Shown here: piece by piece, positions 27,261 to 36,244 of the stretch
Position numbering within the stretch: the stretch's first letter is position 1
Layout: each line of letters opens with the position of its first letter
IMG/VR virus record: IMGVR_UViG_3300021964_000044
DNA length: 64,000 nucleotides
Origin: an uncultured virus (IMG/VR IMGVR_UViG_3300021964_000044)
Taxonomy: Duplodnaviria; Heunggongvirae; Uroviricota; Caudoviricetes
Strand: one strand, 5' to 3'
Notes under the pieces: generated by a model
Seen by the model: the letters and a program-made list of their open reading frames with translations, nothing else
Told to the model about the DNA's origin: nothing
Database searches by the model: none
Program-made: the position numbers and the translations under genes

Positions 27261-27515
27261 ATGTCAGAGTTTGAGTTTATAGAAATCCCTCTCGAAGAGC
27301 TGGACATCAAGCCAACCATGGAGGATGAATTTCTAGAAGCTCGCTTATCGGCAGAAATCGATAAGGTCTCTGATCCAGAAGAACTGAAAGAGGCAGCCAA
27401 AAAACTTCTCAAAATATCCATCCTTCGGCAAGGGGCTATTAGAGGGCTTTGCAAACGGTTGCTTCAATATGAAACCGCCGCATTCCAAATCTACAACACT
27501 GATGAAACCTCTTAA
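27261..27515 (+). CDS. nblA: NblA-like protein (marine Synechococcus / cyanophage type)
   Basis: PTMEDEFLEARLSAEIDKVSDPEELKEAAKKLLK....RQGAI resembles the marine NblA pattern T..Q.FE.ER..R.ID...D...L......LL. Confidence 0.6.
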   Translation: MSEFEFIEIPLEELDIKPTMEDEFLEARLSAEIDKVSDPEELKEAAKKLLKISILRQGAIRGLCKRLLQYETAAFQIYNTDETS

Positions 27516-27636
27516 GCACACCAAAAAACTGGCTAAAATCCATACAAAAGCGCAACTCTGCATCACTAGAGAAGACGCTCAGAAGTATATAAAAAAGGCT
27601 GATAAGTTGCAGTCTAAATTAAGTCAGAAAGGCTGA
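27502..27636 (+). CDS. small basic hypothetical protein
   Basis: Read manually: MKPLKHTKKLAKIHTKAQLCITREDAQKYIKKA... Confidence 0.5.
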   Translation: MKPLKHTKKLAKIHTKAQLCITREDAQKYIKKADKLQSKLSQKG

Positions 27637-27637
27637 G

Positions 27638-27976
27638 TTACTTGTTGAACCCAAAGTCACCACGCTGCATTTCAGGACGCTCTTCACGTTTCTTTTGAGA
27701 GCGTCCGACTGCCTGACGGGCTCGCTCGCGGTTGAACATCTCTGGTCGACGCTGCTCTTGCTGTGGCTGCGGCGTTGTGTCTTGTTGCTGCTCAGGCTCT
27801 TCACGTTCACGTGATGGCATTCTGCGCTCTTGTGACTCTAAGCGTGCCTGCTTGTATTCATTCTGCATCCGATCCTCGTCGGGACGAGGTACTGAGGGTT
27901 TACGCACTGCACCTTGTGCCTCTACGCCGCGTGTTTCACGTCCTGGCGAGGTTCTATTTTTAGGAGATGAACCCAT
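27638..27976 (-). CDS. disordered Arg/Glu/Gln-rich hypothetical protein
   Basis: 112-aa ORF with TTAAAAT box upstream. Confidence 0.55.
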   Translation of the reverse strand: MGSSPKNRTSPGRETRGVEAQGAVRKPSVPRPDEDRMQNEYKQARLESQERRMPSREREEPEQQQDTTPQPQQEQRRPEMFNRERARQAVGRSQKKREERPEMQRGDFGFNK

Positions 27977-28021
27977 TTTTCGTCCACTTTTAAATATATT
28001 TTAAAACAGACAATTGTGCAT

Positions 28022-28048
28022 AAAAAAGCCGGGTTTCTCAGGCCCGGC
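28022..28048 (-). terminator. intrinsic terminator
   Basis: GCCGGG...CCCGGC followed by T6 on the minus strand. Confidence 0.75.
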
Positions 28049-28090
28049 GTGTGTCCACTCGTCTGCGGTCTTCAAATGACCAATCTGATT

Positions 28091-29026
28091 TTACTGCAGA
28101 CCTCCAGCGATTGCACCAGTTTCATCGCGGGATGAAAGCATTGCACGGATACCGCCAGATTCAGGTGCCGGAAGGGTCAGGTTCGCCATGTCAACACCTG
28201 GGGCAATGGCGTTGATGCCGATTTCCTTCTCGCACTGCTTGAAGAACTTGGCGCAGTAAACCTCCATTGTGACGGTCTGGTGAACGTCCTCGATGAAGTC
28301 AATGTCTTCAGCACTCTGAGGGAAGAACTCCTCAAGGGTGTCAGGAGTTGGTTCAATCCAGGACTTGGGTACTGCAATAGGAGATTTCTTGGTCTCGCCG
28401 TACATCACCGTTCCGAATGTCGGGGTGAAGATGGCGGCTGCAGCCTGCTTAGGATCGAAACCAGTGGCACTCTTCAGATCGTACTTTTCACTGAAAGCAC
28501 CTTCGAGTTGCTCAAGGAAGCGGTTGTACGCAGACACGAATTCCTTAGATGCTCCGCCATGCAGGGACAGGATCAAAGGTTTTTTGTGAACAGCTTTACC
28601 AGCTTTGTTGACCAGATAAGTCAGCACCAGGCGGCGACGCTTGTAAGGGCAGGGCTGGCTGGGGTTCTGGTCAGCCCAGTCGTCGTACAGGTAGCTATCA
28701 GCAGGGTAGGTGCCGACAATCTCCCCTTTGTTGGCAGAGTTTTCGATAAATGTGGTGTCTTTGGGGTTGCCACCGTGAATCACCAGGAGACGAGGGGTCT
28801 TGAAAAAGATGCCTTTCTCAGTGTCTCCGGTGTTAAAGACGTGTTCGTAATCAAACTCTGCGCCGGTGAAGTCGGATTCGCTGCCGGTGAAGCCGCAACG
28901 GTCGAGAGCATTTTGCTTGATGAAGAGCCCTGGTTTGGACTTTTCATTCAGGATCTGTGCGATGGCGAGTTCACGCATCACACCTTGGTACTTTTCGGTG
29001 TTCAGGTAACGGTCAAGAACTGACAT
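28091..29026 (-). CDS. DUF5895-like protein (cyanobacterial replication/recombination-associated)
   Basis: AQILNE...GLFI, F.TPRLLVI, H.KPL.LSL.G.A, AIFTPT; located next to SSB; ATG 29026 chosen. Confidence 0.6.
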   Translation of the reverse strand: MSVLDRYLNTEKYQGVMRELAIAQILNEKSKPGLFIKQNALDRCGFTGSESDFTGAEFDYEHVFNTGDTEKGIFFKTPRLLVIHGGNPKDTTFIENSANKGEIVGTYPADSYLYDDWADQNPSQPCPYKRRRLVLTYLVNKAGKAVHKKPLILSLHGGASKEFVSAYNRFLEQLEGAFSEKYDLKSATGFDPKQAAAAIFTPTFGTVMYGETKKSPIAVPKSWIEPTPDTLEEFFPQSAEDIDFIEDVHQTVTMEVYCAKFFKQCEKEIGINAIAPGVDMANLTLPAPESGGIRAMLSSRDETGAIAGGLQ

Positions 29027-29118
29027 AAGCTTCAGTAGGTACAAATGAGAAAGGCCCCAGTTGGACTGAGACCTCACTCCCGCAACCAAGGTAGCGGGTC
29101 TGTGCTTTGCTAGCTATG

Positions 29119-29802
29119 TCAAAAGGGAATGTTGTCAGGTTCTGGCGCAGTTGGAGCCACCTGCACTTCTGGTAGCTTTTGCTGCAGCTGAATCGACGGC
29201 TCCTTCTCTTTGTTTTTACCGAAGAATTGGTAGTGACCTGCCCGTGTGCGGACTTTATATGAGGCGTTAATTCCGTTAGAACCTTCCCAAGTGTCATAAC
29301 GGAGCGTCCCGCAAGCTACCGCCTGGCGACCCTTGAAAGCGTGTTTACGTAAGCGAGCTGCATCATCACCCCATGCCTCGAGCTTGAAACCGACGCTGTC
29401 GTCCCAGTCATGTTTCAGTAGCTTCTGCTTTGGGGCGTTGCATAGGATGCCACAAGAAAACAGATCCTCACGCTTTTCCTCTGCGATGTAGCCGATGCCA
29501 CCTGCAATGGTCACGTTGTTCAGGATTAACTCCTTGTGCACCACCTGTAGGGGCAATGTGGGTGCTACATACATGCGCTGCTCCTCTTTATTTGGATACA
29601 GACGCCCTGTGAATAGAATCTGAGTTCCCTCTTTGAAAGCATCAGGGACGAAAGTGTCGCCTGCTGCGCGAGTGGGGATCAGGTAAACGGGGGCTGGAGT
29701 CGCGTTGCTGTTTTGAACTGGAATAGTGAGCTTTAGGCAGTTGATTCCGGATTCAGTGGTGCCCTTTGCGACAAAAGTACCGCTTGCTTGGATTAGGTTC
29801 AT
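29119..29802 (-). CDS. ssb: single-stranded DNA-binding protein with two OB folds
   Basis: N.VTIAG.IG, LEAWG..A, KG.Q....G.LRYDTW, acidic C-terminal PDNIPF. Confidence 0.8.
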   Translation of the reverse strand: MNLIQASGTFVAKGTTESGINCLKLTIPVQNSNATPAPVYLIPTRAAGDTFVPDAFKEGTQILFTGRLYPNKEEQRMYVAPTLPLQVVHKELILNNVTIAGGIGYIAEEKREDLFSCGILCNAPKQKLLKHDWDDSVGFKLEAWGDDAARLRKHAFKGRQAVACGTLRYDTWEGSNGINASYKVRTRAGHYQFFGKNKEKEPSIQLQQKLPEVQVAPTAPEPDNIPF

Positions 29803-30266
29803 TCTGGTGAATTGGGGTCAATGATTTCATAGCCGACTCCTGCTTCGTTCAGGAGCCCCGCAGCTAGACGAAAGTTGTCGAGCCAGCGGTCAGGGATGAT
29901 GTTGCGAGCTGAAATAACGACGGTTGAAATACCAGCGTTAATAAGTACAGAAGCGCAGCGACTGCATGGACTGAAAGTGATGTACGCAGTAGAGCCAGCA
30001 GTACTGACACCGTGAAGGGCAGCATTTGTAACTGCATTGACTTCAGCATGGACCGTCATCTCGTATTTGGTCGAACGGTCTTCGAGGCGGGTTAGGTCAT
30101 CACTGATGCCTGCCGGGAAACCGTTGTAGCCCATGCTGACGACTTTCTTGTCTTTGACAAGGATGCAGCCGACTTTTGTGCTGGGATCCTTGCTCCACTT
30201 GGCAACCTCATGGGCAAGGCAAAGAAAGCGCACATCCCATTTTTCTTGTTTGAGTGGATTGGTCAT
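29799..30266 (-). CDS. dCMP deaminase
   Basis: SKDPSTKVGC, GYNGFP, HAEVNA, PCSRC. Confidence 0.93.
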   Translation of the reverse strand: MTNPLKQEKWDVRFLCLAHEVAKWSKDPSTKVGCILVKDKKVVSMGYNGFPAGISDDLTRLEDRSTKYEMTVHAEVNAVTNAALHGVSTAGSTAYITFSPCSRCASVLINAGISTVVISARNIIPDRWLDNFRLAAGLLNEAGVGYEIIDPNSPE

Positions 30267-30436
30267 GCAGCGTGTCCTGAACCTAAGTTCTTTTCAATGC
30301 GCTTTTTGATCTCCTCTTGGAGCTCATTAAGCCGTGCGTTCCAGATTTCAATCCACTCCTCTAGGTCCTGATGCATCTGCACCAGCTCCAGGTAGTCGAA
30401 TTTGTCAAGTGATTCATTGATGCTGCTTTTTGGCAT
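30263..30436 (-). CDS. hypothetical 57-aa coiled-coil protein
   Basis: Read manually: MPKSSINESLDKFDYLELVQMH...; ATGA coupling. Confidence 0.55.
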   Translation of the reverse strand: MPKSSINESLDKFDYLELVQMHQDLEEWIEIWNARLNELQEEIKKRIEKNLGSGHAA

Positions 30437-30553
30437 GGGTGTCTTGGACTCCGTGTAAATGTAGTTTTAATCCGCCGGGTGACAAGCGCCAGTAACAATA
30501 AGAGACCTTGCAAGGTTTTCACAACTTAAAATGTTTTTTATTGCTTAAGAACC

Positions 30554-30760
30554 GTGACCCGATTTGCTGGCATCTTCAAGCCTTCCCAGGAAAGGCGTGA
30601 TAATTCACTTGTAGCCGCTTATACCGATAAAGATCTTGCTGAAGACAAGCAACTTCTCGATTATGTAAGGCAAATGCCAGCCACACCTCGGACTGAGAAA
30701 GCTATTAACGATCTTATTGACCGTATAAACGGTGTTTCAGGTTCTCGCGACGGTTATTAA
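30554..30760 (+). CDS. hypothetical protein
   Basis: 68-aa ORF with TTAAAAT box upstream. Confidence 0.5.
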   Translation: MTRFAGIFKPSQERRDNSLVAAYTDKDLAEDKQLLDYVRQMPATPRTEKAINDLIDRINGVSGSRDGY

Positions 30761-32604
30761 TGCGTCTCCATCCAGTTGGCGCCAGCCTTTGCCTCGCCTG
30801 TCAGGGGGCACTTTAGCTTGAAGTAGTCGCCTGCCTTCTCAAAGGATGCAATTGCAAGCTTCTTATAATGCCCGACAAGGTTCGGACGCACAAGAGCCTG
30901 GATCTCATCGTGGACATGGGCCACGAAGGCATAGTCCTCTCCCCATTTGAGCCCTAATTTTTGCAAATCCTCATACAGAAAGCATGTAGCCTTTTTTACT
31001 GAAATGGCGCCAGTCGACTGAAGAAGCTGGTTCAATGCCGAGTGCTTCGATCGAATCTGGAGCTTTCTGCCATCGATCCCGACGAGATAGCCTTTAGTAG
31101 TGATCCGTTCATCAATTTTATCTTTCAACTGTTTAATGGCTGGCAGGTTTTTGTAGAAGGTCTCAATAGTTTTTTTGCCCAGTCCAGTCTGTTGCCATTC
31201 GTTCAGAGATGGATTGATTACACTGCCGACCTTCTTTGAACCTGCCCCGTAAAGTAGTGCATAAATTAGGCGCTTGCTTAAGTCCCTGGTAGCTTTGGGT
31301 ATTTCTCCTTCGCCGTCAAAGATTCCAAATAACTTTGCGTTGTAGGTGTGGATGTCAAATCCATCTGTGCTTACTAGCCGAGCGTATTCTCCATCGTCGA
31401 AGTGAGCAAGCCATGCACCAAGAGCCCTAAGCTCAAGCCCACTGGCGTCAGCACCGACAAGAAGCCAACCCACAGGAGCAGCGAATAAGGCTCTACATTC
31501 CGCGCCATAAGCGTGCCCGACACTCGGAATTTGCGCCATGTTTGGGCGTCGATGGCTTGCTCGTCCACTGATACAGGCGTTGGTAATGACTGTCCCGTGG
31601 ATTCGGCTATCTTCATAAATCTGACAATGTTTTAGCCACGCTTCTTTGCCTTCAGCAATTTGACCAAGGCGTTTGTTGAGAAGTTGGTATTCAGCCAGTA
31701 GCCCAGCCTCCGGGTACTTCTCACCGAGAACTTCAAGAATGTCATCATCCAGTTTTTTGTTACCTTTTTCGGTTTCGTTGAAGACAATTTCAGGGTAACG
31801 TTCCTCCAGTCGCTCAGCTGTCTGCTTCCGCGAAGCGGGATTAAATATAGTGATCTTGTCTTTAAGAGGTTTGCCTGTTTTAGCGGAGATTCGCTTTTCA
31901 ACAAGAGGTGGAAATACCGCCTGGAGCTGATCGTGGAGTTCAGCCCTCCTTGTTTTGAGGGTGTTGACCAGTGCGTAGGCAGCTTGTTCATTGAAAGGAA
32001 ACCCAAACGATTCCATCATTGTCATAATACAAGCAAAATCATGCTCGAGATTATGACAACGTTCGTCTAAATCTTGGGTCAAGAAATACTCATAAAGGGC
32101 AAGAGAAACGAGAGTATCACCCTCGCAATACGTCTGCATGTCTTTAGACCAGGCACCCCATGGGTCTGCTGATTCCGGTAGTTTTGTTTTGCTTTCTTCC
32201 AGGAACTTGATCTTCTGTACACCGAGTCGCTCTCCCCAAGCTGCTAATGAGTGTTTTCCTCTGTACTTGCTATCAATGTGCGTGTACTTTTTATCATCAA
32301 CCAGTTCTAGCTCAGGAGCCAATACTCTGCTGACAATCAATGTATCGTAAAGCTTGCACTCCTGTTTTATTCTGAAATCTGGGTGAACCTTTGCCAAGGC
32401 CCTCATGTCAAAATTTATAATATTATGCCCAATGAGTAAGTCAGCTTGAGAAAGTAACTCCAGCCCTTCTTGTATGGAGGAGTAGCCAGTAGCGTTGCAG
32501 CAGCTGGTAATCTTTCCAGTGTCAACATCACGGATGACCAGTGAGTGGATACGGTCCAACACGGGTAGCAGCCCGTTTGTCTCACAGTCAAATACGAGTC
32601 TCAT
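30757..32604 (-). CDS. polA: family A DNA polymerase, T7-like, with 3'-5' exonuclease
   Basis: VFDCET exo I, GHNIINFD exo II, HSLAAWG, DASGLELR motif A, KRLIYALLYG motif B (Tyr at the 762-equivalent), VHDE motif C. Confidence 0.96.
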   Translation of the reverse strand: MRLVFDCETNGLLPVLDRIHSLVIRDVDTGKITSCCNATGYSSIQEGLELLSQADLLIGHNIINFDMRALAKVHPDFRIKQECKLYDTLIVSRVLAPELELVDDKKYTHIDSKYRGKHSLAAWGERLGVQKIKFLEESKTKLPESADPWGAWSKDMQTYCEGDTLVSLALYEYFLTQDLDERCHNLEHDFACIMTMMESFGFPFNEQAAYALVNTLKTRRAELHDQLQAVFPPLVEKRISAKTGKPLKDKITIFNPASRKQTAERLEERYPEIVFNETEKGNKKLDDDILEVLGEKYPEAGLLAEYQLLNKRLGQIAEGKEAWLKHCQIYEDSRIHGTVITNACISGRASHRRPNMAQIPSVGHAYGAECRALFAAPVGWLLVGADASGLELRALGAWLAHFDDGEYARLVSTDGFDIHTYNAKLFGIFDGEGEIPKATRDLSKRLIYALLYGAGSKKVGSVINPSLNEWQQTGLGKKTIETFYKNLPAIKQLKDKIDERITTKGYLVGIDGRKLQIRSKHSALNQLLQSTGAISVKKATCFLYEDLQKLGLKWGEDYAFVAHVHDEIQALVRPNLVGHYKKLAIASFEKAGDYFKLKCPLTGEAKAGANWMETH

Positions 32605-32616
32605 AGCGAGATTTGA

Positions 32617-32850
32617 TCAGAAGAAGCGCTTATAAAGCGTTGCGATATTCACGATATATACATCATCAATAAAACCAGCAGTTTTTAACCTTTCTTGAAT
32701 ATTTTTCATTTCAGTCAGATCGCCTAGACAGATGGCCCTATTCAGGTTAGTGGTGCTGTCAGCAGGGATAAGCTCCACCGAAGTCTTGTCTCCGGTATAA
32801 GACAGCACATTTTGATTGTCGAAGTCACAGAAGACAAACCCCGAGAGCAT
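32617..32850 (-). CDS. hypothetical protein
   Basis: 77-aa ORF in operon. Confidence 0.6.
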   Translation of the reverse strand: MLSGFVFCDFDNQNVLSYTGDKTSVELIPADSTTNLNRAICLGDLTEMKNIQERLKTAGFIDDVYIVNIATLYKRFF

Positions 32851-32851
32851 T

Positions 32852-33160
32852 TCAACCTCCCTGCTGGTTGTTTGAAGGAATTGCTCGCATCATGAAGATG
32901 TCTAGCGCAATGTGCAGGAACAGTGGCACCATCTCAAAAGCTTTAGGAGGCAGTCCTCCAAACAATGCATCAAGCTTCTCGTTCAGATCAGTCCTGTGCA
33001 TTTCTTCAAACTCAATAGCCAGCATCTGAGCTACATTTAGAATGAAATCAGATGGCTCTTCGTCTTGGTGTTTGAGCTGTTCCATCAGATTCCATAATTC
33101 AGGATCCCTTTGGATCATCGTTAGTAGCTCTTCCACGATGTCATTACGAGTACGCCGCAA
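32852..33160 (-). CDS. hypothetical protein
   Basis: 102-aa acidic helical ORF. Confidence 0.6.
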   Translation of the reverse strand: MRRTRNDIVEELLTMIQRDPELWNLMEQLKHQDEEPSDFILNVAQMLAIEFEEMHRTDLNEKLDALFGGLPPKAFEMVPLFLHIALDIFMMRAIPSNNQQGG

Positions 33161-33740
33161 GTTTACAAGCTCTACATTTGATGTAGATGGTCAGCTTTGC
33201 AAGGTATTTCTTGAACCTTGGGCACAAGAGCCTACCGGCTTTTGGGTTTGGAATGTTGGTTTTGCTATCGGCAAATCAAAACGCCAACTCAATGATTGGT
33301 ATAGGCAACGCAAGAATAAAAGAGGCCGTTCTATTCGAGGTAAGTTAGTTGGCAGATCAGGGCTTAAAGCGGTTCGAAGAGGCTTTGAGGAAGTTCAACG
33401 CCTCCGGTGGAATATTCCCGCTGGTGATACTATTTTGCTTGATTGCACTTCAGCTGATCCAGATCGGCAATTCCATGCGTGGACCCGCTGGAGTAACAAG
33501 TACCCAGACTTCATCGCAGACTCAGTAAATAAGGAGTTTTACTGGACAAGACCGCCATACCCGACAGACGAAGTATGGCAGCACTGTCATGTCATTCCGA
33601 TTGTTCCTACGGACCTTCGTAAGAGCACGGTGGATCAACATTATTTTGCTTGCTTTCGTATTCGCTTAAAGCATCCAGATAATCCTCCATCCAGTGACCG
33701 AATAACTGGTCTATTACACCTGGCTCAAGCCAGTGAGTGA
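33138..33740 (+). CDS. hypothetical Trp-rich protein
   Basis: ATG 33138 chosen; long ORF opposite to its neighbours. Confidence 0.55.
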   Translation: MSLRVRRKFTSSTFDVDGQLCKVFLEPWAQEPTGFWVWNVGFAIGKSKRQLNDWYRQRKNKRGRSIRGKLVGRSGLKAVRRGFEEVQRLRWNIPAGDTILLDCTSADPDRQFHAWTRWSNKYPDFIADSVNKEFYWTRPPYPTDEVWQHCHVIPIVPTDLRKSTVDQHYFACFRIRLKHPDNPPSSDRITGLLHLAQASE

Positions 33741-33879
33741 TGGCGTGGATTGCTGCTTTGAGTGCCTGCTCGTTTTCTTTGGAGTCTTCCTCAATCAGTT
33801 TGAGGATTGTCAGCTCTAACCACCGATTTGGATCTTTAAGTGGGTTGACTTGCTTCATTCCATGTTTATAACGATGCAT
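33607..33879 (-). CDS. hypothetical protein
   Basis: 90-aa ORF. Confidence 0.5.
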   Translation of the reverse strand: MHRYKHGMKQVNPLKDPNRWLELTILKLIEEDSKENEQALKAAIHAITHWLEPGVIDQLFGHWMEDYLDALSEYESKQNNVDPPCSYEGP

Positions 33880-34085
33880 TTCAGTTTACCTTTTTTGTCT
33901 CTGATTTCGTAAACTTGAAATTCCCCATCACCGACTTCCGTGTCGAAAGACGTGTACAGGTTGCAACGAGGGAGTCGTACTTTGCCAGTCTCAGCAGATT
34001 TGAGATGGCACGGGTCCAACACAGAAAGCGAGCCGGAATCACTGCACACTGAGCCGATTAGTTTTGGCTGAGGGGAGTAAATCAC
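33855..34085 (-). CDS. hypothetical protein
   Basis: IG.V..DSG.L...DPC...GDGEF.VY motif of a recurring phage family. Confidence 0.6.
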   Translation of the reverse strand: MIYSPQPKLIGSVCSDSGSLSVLDPCHLKSAETGKVRLPRCNLYTSFDTEVGDGEFQVYEIRDKKGKLKCIVINME

Positions 34086-34279
34086 CGTGCATGCAAATTA
34101 ACATTGTTAGGTCTATTATACTACTGGGGCCGGAGAAGAACAGCGGCAGGCCCTGGGGAGGTGTGGTTTTTGCTGTTTCCCACACCTGGAAACTGAACAA
34201 CCTTGCCAGCATCGCTATTGGTGAGGTTGCACCCCATTTTCTTTAGATTTATTTAATGTTAAGTGTTACATCATAAACG

Positions 34280-34307
34280 GTAGTAAATACTACTAAATTC
34301 GTAGGAT
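34280..34307 (+). promoter_or_regulatory. NtcA-type box with downstream -10 element
   Basis: GTA-GTAAATAC-TAC at 34280-34293; TAGGAT at 34302-34307. Confidence 0.55.
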
Positions 34308-34331
34308 TGTTGGTGTAAATGGGTAACCATT

Positions 34332-34493
34332 ATGACTCAACTCGTCTATCGCGGCAACTCTTACTTCAAAGAAGAACAGTCAGAAATCGATCGTCAAGAT
34401 TGGAATCACCGCCATCGCCCCTCTCTTTGGCTTACTTATCGCTGTAAAAAGTACCGACCTTTTCAAGTGGGCGGCCAGGTGAAGGGCGTTTGA
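34332..34493 (+). CDS. DUF4278-like microprotein (53 aa)
   Basis: Read manually: MTQLVYRGNSY...WLTYRCKKYRP; two L.YRG..Y-type repeats. Confidence 0.75.
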   Translation: MTQLVYRGNSYFKEEQSEIDRQDWNHRHRPSLWLTYRCKKYRPFQVGGQVKGV

Positions 34494-35025
34494 AACTGAA
34501 AGACAGTACGATCCGCGTCCTGTCGCCGTAATTCCATAGTTCGTGTTCTTTTCTCTCATCAAAGACGAAAGAATCTCCTTCCTCCCAGGTGTAAAACTCG
34601 TCTTCAATGCGCATGCCGCAATGACGGAGTCCACCTGGGAATCTTGTGTCGGCTTTTGCGCCTTTTTTTGGGACAATTAATCCGAGGTGCCCGCTGTAAT
34701 TCTCCGTATTCGCGCTGGAGTGCGCCTGAATGTGAGTACCGACTGCCATTGATGAGAAGTAAGCCGATGATAGATCAGGAACCTGCTCCAGAAATTTTGT
34801 TGTTTTTGGGCATTTATCGCAGTTTGGCTGCCATTTAACACCTGCGATGAACAGTCGGAACACATCCCACTCGCCTTTATAGCTGCCTTTACTTGCAGCA
34901 GGAGTGAAGTAAGCAATGTCGTTTACGGTCTCGTTGTACAGGATAGTGATGACCTCTTCTCGAATAGCACGATAGTTTTCCTCCAAGATCTCTAGGAAAG
35001 GGAAAATATCGCGCTGCTCGTTCAT
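34432..35025 (-). CDS. aspartyl/asparaginyl beta-hydroxylase family 2OG oxygenase
   Basis: LEENY..IREE, CPKT...L, FS.M..GTHI.AH, HLGLIVP, W.EG...VFD...HE.WN.GD..RIVL. Confidence 0.88.
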   Translation of the reverse strand: MNEQRDIFPFLEILEENYRAIREEVITILYNETVNDIAYFTPAASKGSYKGEWDVFRLFIAGVKWQPNCDKCPKTTKFLEQVPDLSSAYFSSMAVGTHIQAHSSANTENYSGHLGLIVPKKGAKADTRFPGGLRHCGMRIEDEFYTWEEGDSFVFDERKEHELWNYGDRTRIVLSFSFKRPSPGRPLEKVGTFYSDK

Positions 35026-35081
35026 TTCGCTTATGAGAGTGATGTCATTCTAGACTCAGAGTTACGTTATATCTACGCCCG

Positions 35082-35315
35082 ATGCAGCGCTTACTCAACA
35101 TTCTCACCCTCATCAACACCGCTTGCGTAGGCATTGTTGTTGCAGGATCTGTATATATGTATCAAAATAAGGACGCAATCCGCGAATCTGTCCAAACGGT
35201 GATAGTAGAAGAGCTGAAAGAATCTGTAGGGGATTTGGTCAAAGAATCTCTTCCGGTTCCAGGGGTTCCTTCAAGCACTTCATTACCGAAAGGAATTCCT
35301 GCTCTACCTCTATGA
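35082..35315 (+). CDS. hypothetical single-TM protein
   Basis: N-terminal TM, Pro-rich tail; similar architecture to 3921-4232. Confidence 0.65.
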   Translation: MQRLLNILTLINTACVGIVVAGSVYMYQNKDAIRESVQTVIVEELKESVGDLVKESLPVPGVPSSTSLPKGIPALPL

Positions 35316-35968
35316 AAAAACTTTTACTCTCAGCATTAGCAGCCTCTGCGTTTTGTTTGCCAGTCTTCGCGCAAGAAAGAGTAAAAACCTGGCGCAGCTA
35401 CGATTCGATGGGCTGCATGATGTTGCGAGAGTGCACCGAATATACGACCGAAGTGCTGTCATGGCGTGACCTTGGGGGCAATTATGAGTTATGGAAAGGT
35501 GAACTCGATGTCATTTTGTCGTCCCTTAAGAGCCTTGGAGTAGGTGTTTTCGTTGCTGATGAGCGTTATTTCCTCCGCGACGTACGTGGTCTTTACGATG
35601 TAAAGGGTAATAACTTCTTTTTAAACCGTTCTTATCTGTATCAACCGACGAAAATGATGCAGGTGATCCGGCATGAAGGCTGGCACGTTGCACAGGATTG
35701 CATGGCAGGAACGCTTGACAACACCTTCACTGCCCTTATTCATGCTGAAGAGACAGTGCCTGATTGGATCCGTAGAGGGGCGGAGCGTACGTACCCGACC
35801 ACAATGGTCCCATTCGAAGCCGAGGCAATGTGGTCAATGTACTCAAGCACCCGTACTAAGGAAGCCTTAGCTGTTTGTGCAAGTCAAAAGAAAATGTGGG
35901 AAGTGTTTGAACCCACTCCCATGACAGGAGAATGGCTGATGGAGAAAGGGTTTATGCCTAAGCCCTGA
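35312..35968 (+). CDS. secreted HExxH zinc metallopeptidase-like cyanophage protein
   Basis: Signal peptide, MGCMMLREC, RHEGWHVAQDCMAG, E.EA. Confidence 0.75.
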   Translation: MKKLLLSALAASAFCLPVFAQERVKTWRSYDSMGCMMLRECTEYTTEVLSWRDLGGNYELWKGELDVILSSLKSLGVGVFVADERYFLRDVRGLYDVKGNNFFLNRSYLYQPTKMMQVIRHEGWHVAQDCMAGTLDNTFTALIHAEETVPDWIRRGAERTYPTTMVPFEAEAMWSMYSSTRTKEALAVCASQKKMWEVFEPTPMTGEWLMEKGFMPKP

Positions 35969-36176
35969 TCTGATCGCAGAGTTTTTCGTTCCGAATAATG
36001 TTTTGAACGAGGTCATCCCGCTTTCTTTTGTTTTCGGGGCGGGAGAAATAAGGGTCGTTGTAGATCGTGGAGATGATTTCATCCACTTCATCACAACGGC
36101 TCTGCGGAGGCTTGTCTGTAGTCATTGCACTAACTGCAAAAAAAGATACGAGTAAAGGGGAAAAAATCTTAAACAT
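35958..36176 (-). CDS. hypothetical protein
   Basis: 72-aa ORF with signal-like N-terminus. Confidence 0.4.
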   Translation of the reverse strand: MFKIFSPLLVSFFAVSAMTTDKPPQSRCDEVDEIISTIYNDPYFSRPENKRKRDDLVQNIIRNEKLCDQIRA

Positions 36177-36244
36177 TTGCGATTTATTCTCTTATACTTA
36201 TGATACGCCTCGTCAATTAGGCGCATTCTTAATGTTTTTTTCAC

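Noticed and set aside
28280..29023. 247-aa plus-strand ORF, and similar long antisense ORFs such as 23979-24536 and 51804-52235
   Set aside because: Lie fully opposite recognisable genes and have no protein-like motifs
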